DNA from: Felis catus
Taxonomy: Eukaryota
DNA: 64,000 bases
Direction: 5' to 3'
Assembly (NCBI RefSeq): GCF_018350175.1
Contig: NC_058370.1
Location: 20,894,001-20,958,000 of the forward strand
The position numbers and the translations under genes are program-made. The notes under the pieces are model-generated. The model saw only the letters and a list, made by a program, of their open reading frames with translations. It did no database searches and was not told the DNA's origin. Positions 1 to 11,900 of the stretch are shown here, in pieces (within the stretch, counting starts at the first letter, position 1; each line of letters starts with the position of its first letter).

Positions 1-302
1 AAAACACAGCACCCATTTTATCTCTTACCTGAATGAACCTGAGAACCCCTAAACACTCTCTTTAAGAGATATCAACGTTAAAGTCGTGCAAAGAAATTGT
101 ACCCATAGTGTTTCGACCATAAAACCAACACCTGGTTTATACATGACAAGAACAGGATAAAAGCACATAAAACAATGTGCAGTTTATAGAATTCAGAGAA
201 GAACGGGGGACCAAAGATCAGGTGAACAAACTGTAAAGCAGGGTGCTCGGTGGATCAGCACCACGCGCCTGATGGAACCAGGAGGCGCTGAACGCCGAGC
301 AG

Positions 303-1293
303 TCACTGGTAGGAGGGATACAGCGCGGTGTCTCTCACAGCCAGGAGATTCACTGATGCTCTGGCAACGTTTCCGGAATGAAAACCGAGGTAGTTCTCAG
401 CAAGGAATGTTCTCCTGGAGAGCATGGCCAGCATGTGGTTGAGCCGGGACCTGATACCAGCAAAGTGAAACTGGCGCTCTTGATTCAAGTTCCTAAAGGA
501 GTCTCGCAAGCACAGATCCAAGTGGGGGGCGCCCCAGTACTTGGCGTGTCCAGCGGGGACAAAGTCAGGGGCTCTGCTGGACGTCTGGGAGCCCAGGGAG
601 CTCGCCACAGAGCCCTGGGAAGACAGAGAGGAGGAAGACCTCAAACTGGGAGATCTGGACACAGACATCCTGGACACTGGTGACCCTTCTTTAGACTGGG
701 TGCCCTGAGAAAAGAGAACATTCTCGTCCACGTCAGTCTGGGTGGTGGCCGACGTGGACCGAACCACAGCTTGGGAGCTTGCGACCCTGGTGGTGACCGC
801 GGTCTGGGTCCCGGCACATGCCGTGGTGACGCTGGCTTGTGTCCCCGCGTCGCTCGTGCTCACTGCTGGAACCTCCTCTCCTGGCTCCGTCTGGGTGGCC
901 GCATCGGTCGTCCTCCTCCCGCCCTGTGGTCTGTCCTGGCAGCTGATGACATCGTCCTCATCGCCGACGGTGGAGGACTCGCAGTTCTGGTGCCTGGCCT
1001 CTGCCCTGCCTTCAGCGGGGGCCTCACACCCCAGCTCAGCCTTCTTGGGGGTGCTCGAGAGCCGGGACAGCCGCAGGCGCAGCAGGCCGCCCAACGTGAG
1101 CTCCTTAGACAGGGGTTTACTGTCCACTAGATGGTCAAACTTGCCGCTGATCTGGAAGTCAGACAGCAGCTTGGAGCTGATGGGCTTCGACTGTGCATAC
1201 AGGATTCGGAACTCCAGATCAAAGTGTTCAACCACTTGGCCAGACAGAATGACCAAGTTACTGCTATTTAATTTGCCATCTGTCCACGTAAAA
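303..1293 (-). CDS. FAM83D: FAM83D coding exon 4 (FTWTDGKLN...LYPSYQ*)
   Basis: Acceptor ttaag|T, 991 nt to TGA at 303-305. Exons sum to 1761 nt = 586 aa + stop. Carries the FxxxF motif (HFDLEF) and a TQT-rich tract. The 3' UTR runs off the left edge. Confidence 0.97.
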
Positions 1294-1712
1294 CTTAAGG
1301 ATTAAAAACAAACAAACAAACAAACAGAAGCTGGTAAGCATGAGCACTCTTAGTTTACTCACTGTCAAAATGAACAATAAAGCCTAGATATCCTGCTCCA
1401 GGAGTCACAACTCTGGTGACAGCATACCCACCATTCAGTGTAAATTCAACACCCCAACCCCATACATAACGTATGTATGCGGTAACAGAAAGAAAAAGGC
1501 CAACTATTTAACCAACACACTGAGACTTAGACATCCACAGCCTCAGCGTTTCTACAAACTAGAAAGGGCTTCAAAAAGATTTAGGCAAGCACCCTGATTT
1601 TAGAAGTGATGAAACTAGCTAGTGATGTCCCAGCGGGAAGCTGGTCTAGACTGCAGACTAGACCCCAGGACGTAAGGACTGTTAGTGCGGTGCCCCTTAC
1701 TACCTGCTCCCA

Positions 1713-2150
1713 TGCTGCCATTTTCTTCCTTTCTTTTTTAAGATTTTCATTTATTTATTTTGAGAGAGAAAGTGCAAGCAGGGGAAGGGCAGAGACAGAA
1801 TGCGAAGCAGGGTCTGCACTGCCAGCACGGAGCCCAATGTGGGGCTTGAACTCAGGAACCGTGAGATCGTGACCTGAGCTGAAGTTGAAAGCTCAACCAA
1901 ATGAGCCACCCAGGTGCCCCTTCTTTTTCTTTTTCTTTTTTTTTTTTAATGTTTATTTATTTATTTTTGAGAGAGAAAGAGCAAACGGGGGAGGGGCAGA
2001 GAGAGAGGGAGGCAGAGGATTCGAAGTGGGTTCTGTGCTGACAGCAGCGAGCCTGACGCGAGGCTCCAACTCACAAACAGTGAGATCGTGGCTGAGCCAA
2101 AGTCAGACACTTAACCGAGCCACCCAGGTGCTGCCAGTGCTGCCATTTTC
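1713..2150 (-). mobile_element. Two nested carnivore SINEs (SINEC)
   Basis: Two SINE bodies (~1731-1920 and ~1921-2131) inside one 13-bp TSD, TGCTGCCATTTTC (1713-1725 and 2138-2150). Confidence 0.85.
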
Positions 2151-2189
2151 AATGGGGGACAGTAGCACATTCAGGGCTGATTAGTGGCC

Positions 2190-2665
2190 ATGTGCCCTGC
2201 CTGTCAGGCATCCTTCTTCCTCTAGTAATAGAACCTCATCCACCCCAGCCTTCTTCTTAGGCACTTCCTGCAATCACAATGGGGTGGACATATGACCCAG
2301 GCTGACCACAGTATGCCACCCACTTGGGTCAGGGACCTACCCAGGATGGGCACGTGACCTGGCTAGGACCAAGTAATTCTTCAAGGACTGATGCCAGTGC
2401 AGGCAGAAAGAAAGTCTCTCTCTTTGGGAGAGATACTAAAGGCTATGTAAGTAAGCCTGGACCTTGCCTTCAAAGGGAGAGCGTGACTGAGAATAAAGAT
2501 CAACTAGAAAAAAAGCAGGACCAGGAGACAATATTCTGATCAATGTATGCCCTCCAGGTCAAGATGAACTGAAAACCAACTGCACCTTTCTACACTCCCA
2601 AGTTATGGAACTCAATAAATTCTATTTTGCATAAAGTAGTTTGAGCTAGCTTTCTGCACTCCCAA
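2190..2665. mobile_element. Old ERVL-type solo LTR fragment (LTR16/LTR33-like)
   Basis: Resemblance from memory (tgacccaggctgacca ... ataaattc ... gtttgagctagctttctg). Subfamily uncertain. Confidence 0.45.
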
Positions 2666-2711
2666 TTACCCCAGTGATAAAGAAGTTTGTATCAGGAATA
2701 GGATGTTTTAT

Positions 2712-2941
2712 GGGCACCTGAGTGGCTTAGTCGGTTAAGCATCTGACTTTAGCCCGACTTCAGCTCAGGTCGTGATCTCCCCATCTGTGGGTTCGAGCCC
2801 CGAGTCAGGCTCTGTGCTGACAGCTCAGAGCCTGGAGCCTGCTTCGCATTCTGTAACTCCCTCTCTCTACCCCTCCCCCGCTTGCACTCCGTCTCCCTCT
2901 CTCTCAAAAATAAATAATAAACATTAAAAAAAATTTTTTAA
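2712..2941 (+). mobile_element. SINEC
   Basis: tRNA-like head, CT tract, A tail. Degenerate TSD aggaatagg(a/g)tgtttta on both sides. Confidence 0.9.
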
Positions 2942-3124
2942 AGGAATAGGGTGTTTTAAATGAGAGATCATGAAACAGAGTGTCAGATCTGTCTCTACCT
3001 TGAGAACTGCCTTCAAAGCCCCAGAAGAAAGATTCTGAAAACCTTCAATGAGATCATGCAAACAAGACACCTATCCAACACCAGGAGTATAAAATACCGT
3101 CAACAAATAGAAGCTATAATCCTC

Positions 3125-3282
3125 GGGGCATCTGGGTGACTCAGTTGGTTAACCAGCTCTTGGGTTCATCTCAAGTCACGATCTCATGGTTTGTGAGTTC
3201 GAGCCCTGCATCAAGCTCCATGCGGACAATGCGGAGCCTGCTTGGGATTCTGTCTCCCTCTCTCTCTGCCCCTCCCCCCACT

Positions 3283-3344
<62 letters not shown>

Positions 3345-3385
3345 AACTCACTCAAAATAAATAAATAGACTTAAAAAAAAAAAAA
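3125..3385 (+). mobile_element. SINEC with expanded (CT)n
   Basis: Head ggggcatctgggtgactcag; (CT)n at ~3287-3343; A tail. Confidence 0.9.
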
Positions 3386-4418
3386 CCTGTCATCATCATC
3401 CTCAATGGTAGCATATCTCATTTGCAGAGGGTAATTTTTATATTTGATATTTCAGGATGGCCAAAAACCATTTGGGACTAAGTTTGTATATGCAGATAAA
3501 GCTTGCTTCGGGTGAAAATCTAGTCTCCTCCTGTTATTTATAAACGTCTTATGAAAGGAAGTCTCGAGGAAGTGTGAATTTTGTTCTGAGCAATGATGGT
3601 ACTGTCTGAAAAGAAAGGCACCAAGAGTTTCTTGATCTGACCCCCTCAGCTTCCACAACCTTTTGCACATCTGCCAGGGCTGACACAATCATCACTCGGG
3701 AATGCGCGTTTCTCCAAAAATGAGTTTTTCTTTTTTAAACTCAAGACATGCCTCACGCACACCGTCAGACGATTGAATGCACAGACACACTGCCATTGGA
3801 GCCCCCTAAGTAAACACAGTGCATCTTAACTTCTGGAGATTCGTGAAAATCAATGATCCAATCATCTGCACCCTCTATTCAATGACACTCTATTGTAAGA
3901 TACCACTGCCAAGTTAAGACTTCAAAATTGGGGCTAGAAACCTGGATCAGACTTTCTAGACTAAAGCACTAAGTTACAAGGCTTGACAGAAGGTGAAGGA
4001 TTTAAGCATAAGGTAACAGCTTCGGCTCTGCCCTCCACACTGACGCTGAGACCTGTGATGACCCTTACCTGCAAGTGAACAGGGACAAGGGGCGGGGGGG
4101 ACCAAGGAATAGGAATTGAGACTGCTCCTGTCACCGGTAACCCCAATTTGGCCACCGCAGGCCTTGGCAGGGGCTCCAGGCAAGTTTCAACATCCACGCC
4201 TTAGTTTCGTGGCCCCCCAGGGCAGGGGAGGTGACCCGCACCCCAACCACCTCCTGCAAAAGGCCGCTCAGACTGACGTCCTCACACACACAGATGCACA
4301 CCTACCAGAACGCCTGGCCACGGAGGCTCACGTTGAGAGGAAGAGCAGCTTTTCCTTTATCCAGCATGCACCCACTGCAAAGTTCAGGGTCACAAGCACG
4401 GGCAGGCTAGAGACTTAC

Positions 4419-4543
4419 CTATAGGAGCCTGTAGCCACGCGAATGCCATCAATCAGTGTGAACTTCTCGTGAACCTGCCCAACTATCTTAGTCCCCGACC
4501 TCGCATAGTAAGTGTTTCCGGTAATAGTCCGGATGGTCATCAG
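4419..4543 (-). CDS. FAM83D: FAM83D coding exon 3 ([42 protein letters not shown]); not in the ORF track
   Basis: Translated by hand. Acceptor gacag|CTG, donor TAG|gtaagt, 125 nt. Contains the PLD-like HxKxxxxD motif (HEKFTLID). Confidence 0.96.
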
Positions 4544-5454
4544 CTGTCGGCGGGGAACGGGGGAAAAAGAAACACACAGGCCAGTGAGCAAACGACAGAG
4601 GGCTTGGTCTACAGTTCCCGAAAAGACGCACTAGGTGGCAAAGGAGCGGTCCCCTGTCCCCTTCGGTAACGGCACACACGCACACTAGCCAGCGGTTCTC
4701 GGGACTCGACGAATGTCACTTCACTTGGTCCGTCTTCTCGTGTGCCCTGTTCTCAGACGGACTTGTGAGACTCTTGGTTCACGGGTACATGTGCTCTCAA
4801 AGAAGAGCCACTCGTTCTTTGACACGCCAGAATCCAAGAAATGACATTGAAACAGAATGTGGGGGATAAAATCAGCAAAGAAAACACACTAATAATAAAT
4901 AGAATTTTAACAAAGGCTTAAGGAAGCTAAGCTGATATTTCTCCTACTCTCTTATTTGACTGCATCAGTAATGACTAACAGCCCACCCTCACTTACCCCC
5001 ATGCCATCCTCAGTATGGGGAACAGGACGAGCCTTCTCTAACACGGGACTTCTGAGGCGGACACACTCATATCCCATGTGGCTTCACCAACAATGTCACA
5101 TCTCCTACGGATTTATCAAAAAGGTACTCCGGTAATACGCTGGGGCCCCACAGTGCGTAATCATCCTTGTAAAATGACCCGCATAAATGTATATCCGATG
5201 GTATGTAAAACACTAAGACGATCTGCATTATTTGGAACAAATCAGGACAGCGTCAGCTTTATGCCCTGAGAAACCTTACACAATTCAAATTAAATGCTTA
5301 AGATTTTTGTTTGATTCTCTCATTCATTCCATAAGCAAAGAAAGTCCCTACCGTGTGCTGAGCCTTGAGACAATAGGGGGATCAGGCATGTTCCTTACCT
5401 TTACGGACTAAGGGAGAGAAAAGTAATGCGTGATTCAAAAAACAAGGTATGACA

Positions 5455-6790
5455 TCATCCAGAGAAGTGAAAACCTACATCCACACAAAAACCTGTGCAC
5501 AAATACAGCAACTTTATTCATCATAGTAAGAAACTGGAAACTATCCTAAAGTCCTTCAGCGGGTGAACAGTTAAACTGTGGCACAACCACACCACATGAC
5601 ACTCCTTAGCAGCAGAAAAGAACTAACAATTGATACAATAATTTGGATGGATCTCAAGCGCGTTATGCAGAATGAAAAAAAGCCAATCTCAATAGGTCAT
5701 ATACTATATGATTCCATTTATAGAACGTTCTCTAGATGACAAAATTATAGAGATGGGGAATAAATTACTGGTTTCCAGGGGTTAAAAACGAGGAGGAGGG
5801 CACAGAGAGGAGCGCAGATGGGACCATAATGGGAGCAAGGAGATGGTTGTGGTGATAGAATAGTCCTGTATCCCGACAGTGGTGGGACAGTTCTGGATCC
5901 TGATGGCAGGGGGGGTTCCATAGGTGTACACATGTGATAAAATGGCATAGAACTGTCAACACATGTTGTGCCAACCCCAGATTCCAGGCTGTGATTTTGT
6001 ACTAGAAGTCACATAGGATGTAACCATTGGGGAAACCGGGTGAGGGACACATGGAAACCTCTATGTATGACCTTTGCATCTTCTGTGAATCTGTTGTTCC
6101 CTTTTTATTTAAAAAAAAAAAAAAAAGAATTGAGAGAGAGAGATGGAGCATGAGCGGGGAGGGTAGAGAGAGAAGGAGACACAGAATCCAAAGCAGGATC
6201 CAGGCTCTGAGCTGTCAGCAGAGCCCGACGCGAGGCTCGAACTCACAAACCGCGAGATCATGACCTGAGCCGAAGTCGGACACTCAACCGACTGAGCCAC
6301 CCAGGCACCCTGAACCTACTGTTCCTTTAAAATAAAAACATAAGACAAAACAAAAACACCATGGCATGACATAACATCACTTCCGTGGTCTTACCAAAAC
6401 ATGATCTGAATTTAGCCATGAGGAAGCATCAGACCAACCCAAATCCTACAGAAAACTGGCTAATGTTCTTCCAAAGCACCAACACCCTAAAAGACAAAGA
6501 CAGAGGAGCAGCTCCAAATGAGAAGACGCTAAGGAGACAGGACAACTCAATGCAAGATTCGGTCCTGGGTTGGATCCTGAATAAGAAAAAGGGCATTCGT
6601 GGAATGATCAGTGAGACTTAGAAGGTCTGTAGATTATGGTATTATATCAAATTTATTTCTCAATTTTGAAATTTGCACAGAGGTTTATAAGACGTTAACG
6701 TTTAGATAATTTGGGCAAAGAGTATTCAGGAACTCCTTATATTATATCGCTAATTCCTTTGAAAATCCCACTATTTCAAAATAAAATTAA
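5455..6790 (+). mobile_element. Old L1 3'-end fragments interrupted by a minus-strand SINEC (~6105-6310)
   Basis: L1M 3' motifs (cacacaaaaacctgtgcac, gcaactttattcat, tatatgattccatttata) and a SINE body on the minus strand. Confidence 0.7.
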
Positions 6791-7222
6791 ACAAACAAAC
6801 AAAGAAACTAGGACCTTCCATAGAGGTGCACCTGGAGCAGGTGGGGCAGGGGGTTCCTGGAGGAGATACCGATTCCTGACCCAGGTTTCAAAAGATCCAC
6901 ATATAATAGCAAGCATTCAAAAATGTCACTGTGGGCACATTTAGGTGTAGTTTTCTGCATCTTTTCCATCAGTGCTTACCCAAATGTCATACAGGCCTCT
7001 GTGACTGCAGTCAAAGCGCTTTTGAGGGCCTACGCGCAAACACGTGACCAAGTGCCTACAGACAGGACACCCAGCGTCCAGAACCAGCCACAGAGCGAGG
7101 GCATGGCAGATGTCAGCCCCCACTGGGGGAGGGTACAGACTCACCAACAGACACGTCCTGGTGAGAGAAGCCGCCAGGGAAGACGGTGCTGCTCTAGGAA
7201 GAAGTCAAGGCACTACAAAAAT

Positions 7223-7350
7223 TGGGGCGCCTGGCTGGCTCCGTCAGTACAGTACATGCGACTCTTCGTCTCAGGGTTATGAGTTCGAGCCCCGTGTTGG
7301 GTACAGAGATTACTTAAAAAAAACTAAAATCTTAAAAAAAAAAAAAAAAG
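7223..7350 (+). mobile_element. Short SINEC variant lacking the CT tract
   Basis: tRNA-like head (ggggcgcctggctggctc...gagttcgagcccc) joined directly to an A-rich tail. Confidence 0.8.
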
Positions 7351-8776
7351 ACACTAGAAGAACTGCTGAGGCCAAAGGTACAGACTTCCTTTCAACTCCT
7401 CCTCGAGGCAACAATCAACACTATGCAAGCGAGTCGGTAAATAATGCTGGATTCGATAACTGGATCGTCTCTAAGCCAACCTCACGATCAGAGCTGTGGC
7501 CAGAGCCACTCTGTGATTCTCCTGCTGCTGGCACACAGCCCTCGTTGCAGAGAGAGCCTCAGAGTCAAACAGCACATCTTCCATCGCTTCCCCTGGCTCT
7601 GTGTTAAAAGCAGTCACAGGCTGAATGTCCGCTCAGGTGACAACGTGCTTTTCCACGCCTAACATGCATTTGCCTTGGGGCCCCCTGACCTCGTACTTTA
7701 ACCGAGTGCGGGTCACACGGCTGGCTCATTTCATCCTGGCGCCAAGCTCCGATTCTACCTCCGCCAGGAATTGGCTTTGTAGCGGCCGTGATAAGTTAGC
7801 AACAACCTGATCCTCGGTTTCCCCATTCGGGAAAACGACCACCAAGAACTCTGTGGGGAAAGTCGAATAGCCAAATTTTGTAAACCAAATTACTTGACAA
7901 TGGGGGGGGGAGGGGGAATGCGCTGATGTCCACTCTGCAAGCAGCCTATAGTACCGAAGCCCAATGCATTGTTCGGTTTGCTGACTGCTTTATTTCCAGC
8001 GCCTGGAACAGTTAAGTGGCTCAGAGAAGGTGCTCACATAGGTGATGAGCCAAGTGGATGAATTAAGTTCCAAAGCTCACAGCTCACATTAAGCTGCTTA
8101 ATTGAAAAAGATGAATAACAAACACGACGATGCTGCTTGCCTCTTTCTGCTACAGAGAACAAGCTGGCTGAGTTATGTAACCGTACATTTAAAGACTTCA
8201 GTTTGCATTACTGTCATGCTCAGAGCAAAGGACACGAAAAGCCTAATTTTACAGCAGCGAGAACGGAGAGGCAGCATGTGACGGTGATCAGGAACACGGG
8301 GCTGGAGGCAGGCCCACTGCGAGGGAGGCACACCCCCGCTCCTTTCCAGCGGCAGACCCCGGCCTCTCTGTGCCACCACGTCTGCGCTGAAACAGGTACT
8401 TACCCGGCAGGGCTGCGGTGAGGACGGAGTTGCCTAACACTTGTCAGGATCCCAGGACAGTGCCAAGGACGGAGCAGGGGCTCCGTCAACGGTGGCCGGG
8501 CCGGCGCTACTGTCAAAAGCAGCGCCTCCAAGGCAGCCCCGTGCGGCCAACAGCCGAGCTCCCGGCTGTTCAGGGGAGGCCAAGGTTTGAAACCTGGCTC
8601 TGTGGTTTCTTTTCTGTGAGATTTCAGACAAATGGCTTTGGCCACAGCCTCCGCTGCCTCTCGTGTCATGGGGATCCAACTCCCGCCCCACCCCGCACCA
8701 TCATGTAGATCATGTAGGTTACAGATGCTCAGTCTTACTGCTGATTAAGGAGAAACTGGAAACATGTAACACAAAC

Positions 8777-8944
8777 CTTCTCCTTTTCAGGATGCACTTT
8801 CAGGTCCATGCACATATCCAAAAACTGCGAGAGCAGAGCCTGGTCCAGGAGGATGTAGACGGCGACTCCCTGTTTCCGACATATTTCCTGTAGGTCCCTG
8901 AAGATGTCGATGTCCGTGAAAACATCCATCACCACCGCGATCAC
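8777..8944 (-). CDS. FAM83D: FAM83D coding exon 2, 56 aa ([15 protein letters not shown]...HPEKEK)
   Basis: Acceptor ccatag|GTG, donor AAG|gtttgt, 168 nt, phase 0-0. Contains the FAM83 family motif IAVVMDxFTDxDIF. Confidence 0.97.
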
Positions 8945-11900
8945 CTATGGCGTGAGGCAGAGGGAAGAGCAAGCTGTTGGCTCACGGGAACACCAGTTTA
9001 CGGTGCACCGTCCAGACTCTGGAGCCCATCTCCGAGCCGGGAAAGGATCCCCACCCTACGGGATCCTTCCTCCCTTCTCCTTCTGCACTATCGGTTTGCC
9101 CCCAGCCGCAGACACCTCCTTCTCCAAAGACACTCAGGCCACATCTGGATTTGGCCCAGCTGACCCTCCCGATCGCCTCCTAGCCACTGTCCTCCACGCT
9201 TCCTCGGACCAGTCCTTTTTCCTCCCCGGCAGCACTCCATTCATGCCTGCTGCTCAATCTTCCACTCTCGGCATCAGACTACAGTTCCGAGATGCCTCAG
9301 CCATGCGGCCCTAAGCAAATTACAGTCATTCCCAAGGTCTGGTCCTGCGTCTGCAAAATAGGCATGTGGTCAGAACTGAATGACTACGTTACATGAAGCA
9401 CTAGGTACAAAAATCCCTCAGGTATCTGTTCGCGGGTTCCCTTCACCAGTCCAGACAGCTCACCACAGGGAGGCATCGCTCCAGCCGCCAAGCCTCTCAT
9501 GACACCCTTTGCAAGTTTAAGAGTGGGGCCCTCAGTGAAATCCCTCCAAGGCTGTGGGGTGTCAGAATGTGCAGGCTCAGTACAAGTCTCTGCACACCAA
9601 GCCAGAGCTGGGGCCCCGAGCTAAGGCCACGGCTCCCTGGGCCACGGTTTCCAGCAGCCTGGGCCGGAAGGGGGTCTCCCTCCTCCTCACTTCAAAAGTG
9701 AAAACTAGTGTCTCTTAGGACCACATTAACTCCTTTTCGGACGTTAAGGTAATTTATTTATGGGTCTCACTTCCTCTATGGGGACGGAGGCCCTGGAATG
9801 GGATAGACTCATCTCTGTGACCCTAGAGGACTCAAGACAGTACCTGACAGTTATGACCCCTCAAGGACGTGGGTGTTCAAGAAGCAAACGGAGACAAACA
9901 GGAGATCCCGTGCTGTCTCCAACACCCCAAATCTCGCCTACCAGGACGAGGGACCTTGAAAGGCCAGCTCCCGGGAAGTCACGGCTATGAGAAGTCTGGG
10001 AAGATCCATTTCTCTCTGGCTACTTATCCCCGCCCCTCCCCAGTGTTGACGAAGCCCCAGCTGTCGAGCTATTCCCTGGGAAAGGGTTTGCCTCAACCCC
10101 CCAGACACGTGATTTTTCTGAACTGGTGGCACCTCGAGAAGTTCACGGCCTCCCACATGCTTTTATGCATCTTATTTGGAGTTGTATCCACCCCCAGGTC
10201 ACACAGCATCGTGGGCAAAAGGCAGAGAGGCCTGGGCACAGATGTCAGCTCTGCAGCTCACCACCGTGTGACCCGAGGCATGCTGCGGAGCCTCAGTTTC
10301 CTTCTCTGGAAGAGATGGACAGTAACAGCATCTATGTAAGGGGCTGCTGTCAGGATCGCAGGGGACAAAGACAGAAAGGGCTTAGCTCGGGCATGAAATG
10401 GGCGTTCCATTTTGCGGCCGGCGCCTCTTCAGAGTCTATGGCGGGCCAAAGCCTGGGCCAGGCAGAAAAGACGGCTCTACAGAATGTGACACACACCGGA
10501 CTTGTCCGCAAAAGGAAGACACGCACGCAGGGGGGCCGAATGATACACACCGGACGAGGCGATCACATCACCGGAACTTGGAGGTAGGGAGGAGACGGTC
10601 AAGCTGCGGCAGACACGCTCCAGGCACTCAAATGTTTACAAGAGCAGAGAAGGATTCCTGGCGGGGAGGGCCTTTGAGCTGAGTCACGAAGAAGGGCGCA
10701 GTCTTGACAGGGGAGAAGTGAAGGGGAGGGTCTTGAAGCCACGTGGCGGCAGAAGAGGCAGGGAATGATGGGGCAGGGGCCAGTGTGGCCGGAACGGAGA
10801 GTGTGCATGATGGGGAGCAGCAGGACAGGACTGAGAGACAGACGGGTGAGCCAGGTGGTAAAACCAGGCGGTGACGCCTCCACAGAGGTTTTGAACACAC
10901 TCGTGTAGGAATGAGCGCAGCGCTCACGCGAGAAAGCTGGAGGAAGACACATCCAGGGTCCGTCCCTGTCCTCAAGAAACCCAGGCCAATGGGGGACAGA
11001 GGCGGCGCATGGACGTGCACCCAGACTCCCCGTGGGAGGGACAGAAAACCCTGCCCAGCTGGCTGGCTTAGAGAGGGCTGGAGGGTTGCTGGAGGCAGGG
11101 ACCCAGGAGCAGGGCCTGCCAAACTGGGCTTCGATTCACCACTGAAACAATACAAACGCCACCTTTGTTAGGTGGTGAGTAAGTCTCTAATTTGTTATTG
11201 GTTTCACTATTTGGTGTTAAAGCCCCAGCCTTTCCTGTGGGTGCTGAAAATAACTGGATCTGAACGCGAGGTGTTAAGAAGGTGGGTGCAAGTGCTTCCC
11301 TCCCTAACTTCCCCCTGTACCCAACATCCCCTCCCTCTCTTGCTAGAGCGGGACTCTTGAAAGGTTTGCGACGGAGGCACAGCCCTGCGCAGGAAAGCAA
11401 TGAGCACGAAGACCTTCCCTCCTTCAAGACCCCACCCCGCTTTCCTGTACTCTCCCCACTCCAGCCCCGTGCAACCAAGTCCTGCAGACTCAACGAGACC
11501 TGGGGCTTCTCAAATCTCTCAAGGGACAGTCTCCTCACTGAGCTCAGCAATGGCCTGGACTCATTCGCTGGCCAGCCAAGTGTCTGCTTTCCAAGGCCGG
11601 ACCCGTCTCCCAGGTGCTGGGGCTCCTGCTACAGGTCTCCGGGCCCTGCAAGGATGCCCAGACTTGGAACCGGTCCCTGCTGTCACTCCCTGAGATGTCA
11701 TGCGGGATGGACAAAGGAGAGACGCATCTGGAAAGCGGGCATCCTGTGCCCATCAAGCCCCCACACGGCCACTGTGGGCGCTGCCTACCCCAGCCTGTGC
11801 TGCAAAGAGCCTGCCCGATCTCTAAGGGCTAGAAAGCTCTGCAAGAGGTGACTTTTGAGAGTCTATTCCAGGTCAACCCCCATCTGCAACTCTGTGCAAA

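Noticed and set aside
7223-7300. tRNA-like A/B boxes at SINE heads
   Set aside because: These are tRNA-derived SINE promoters followed by A tails, not tRNA genes.
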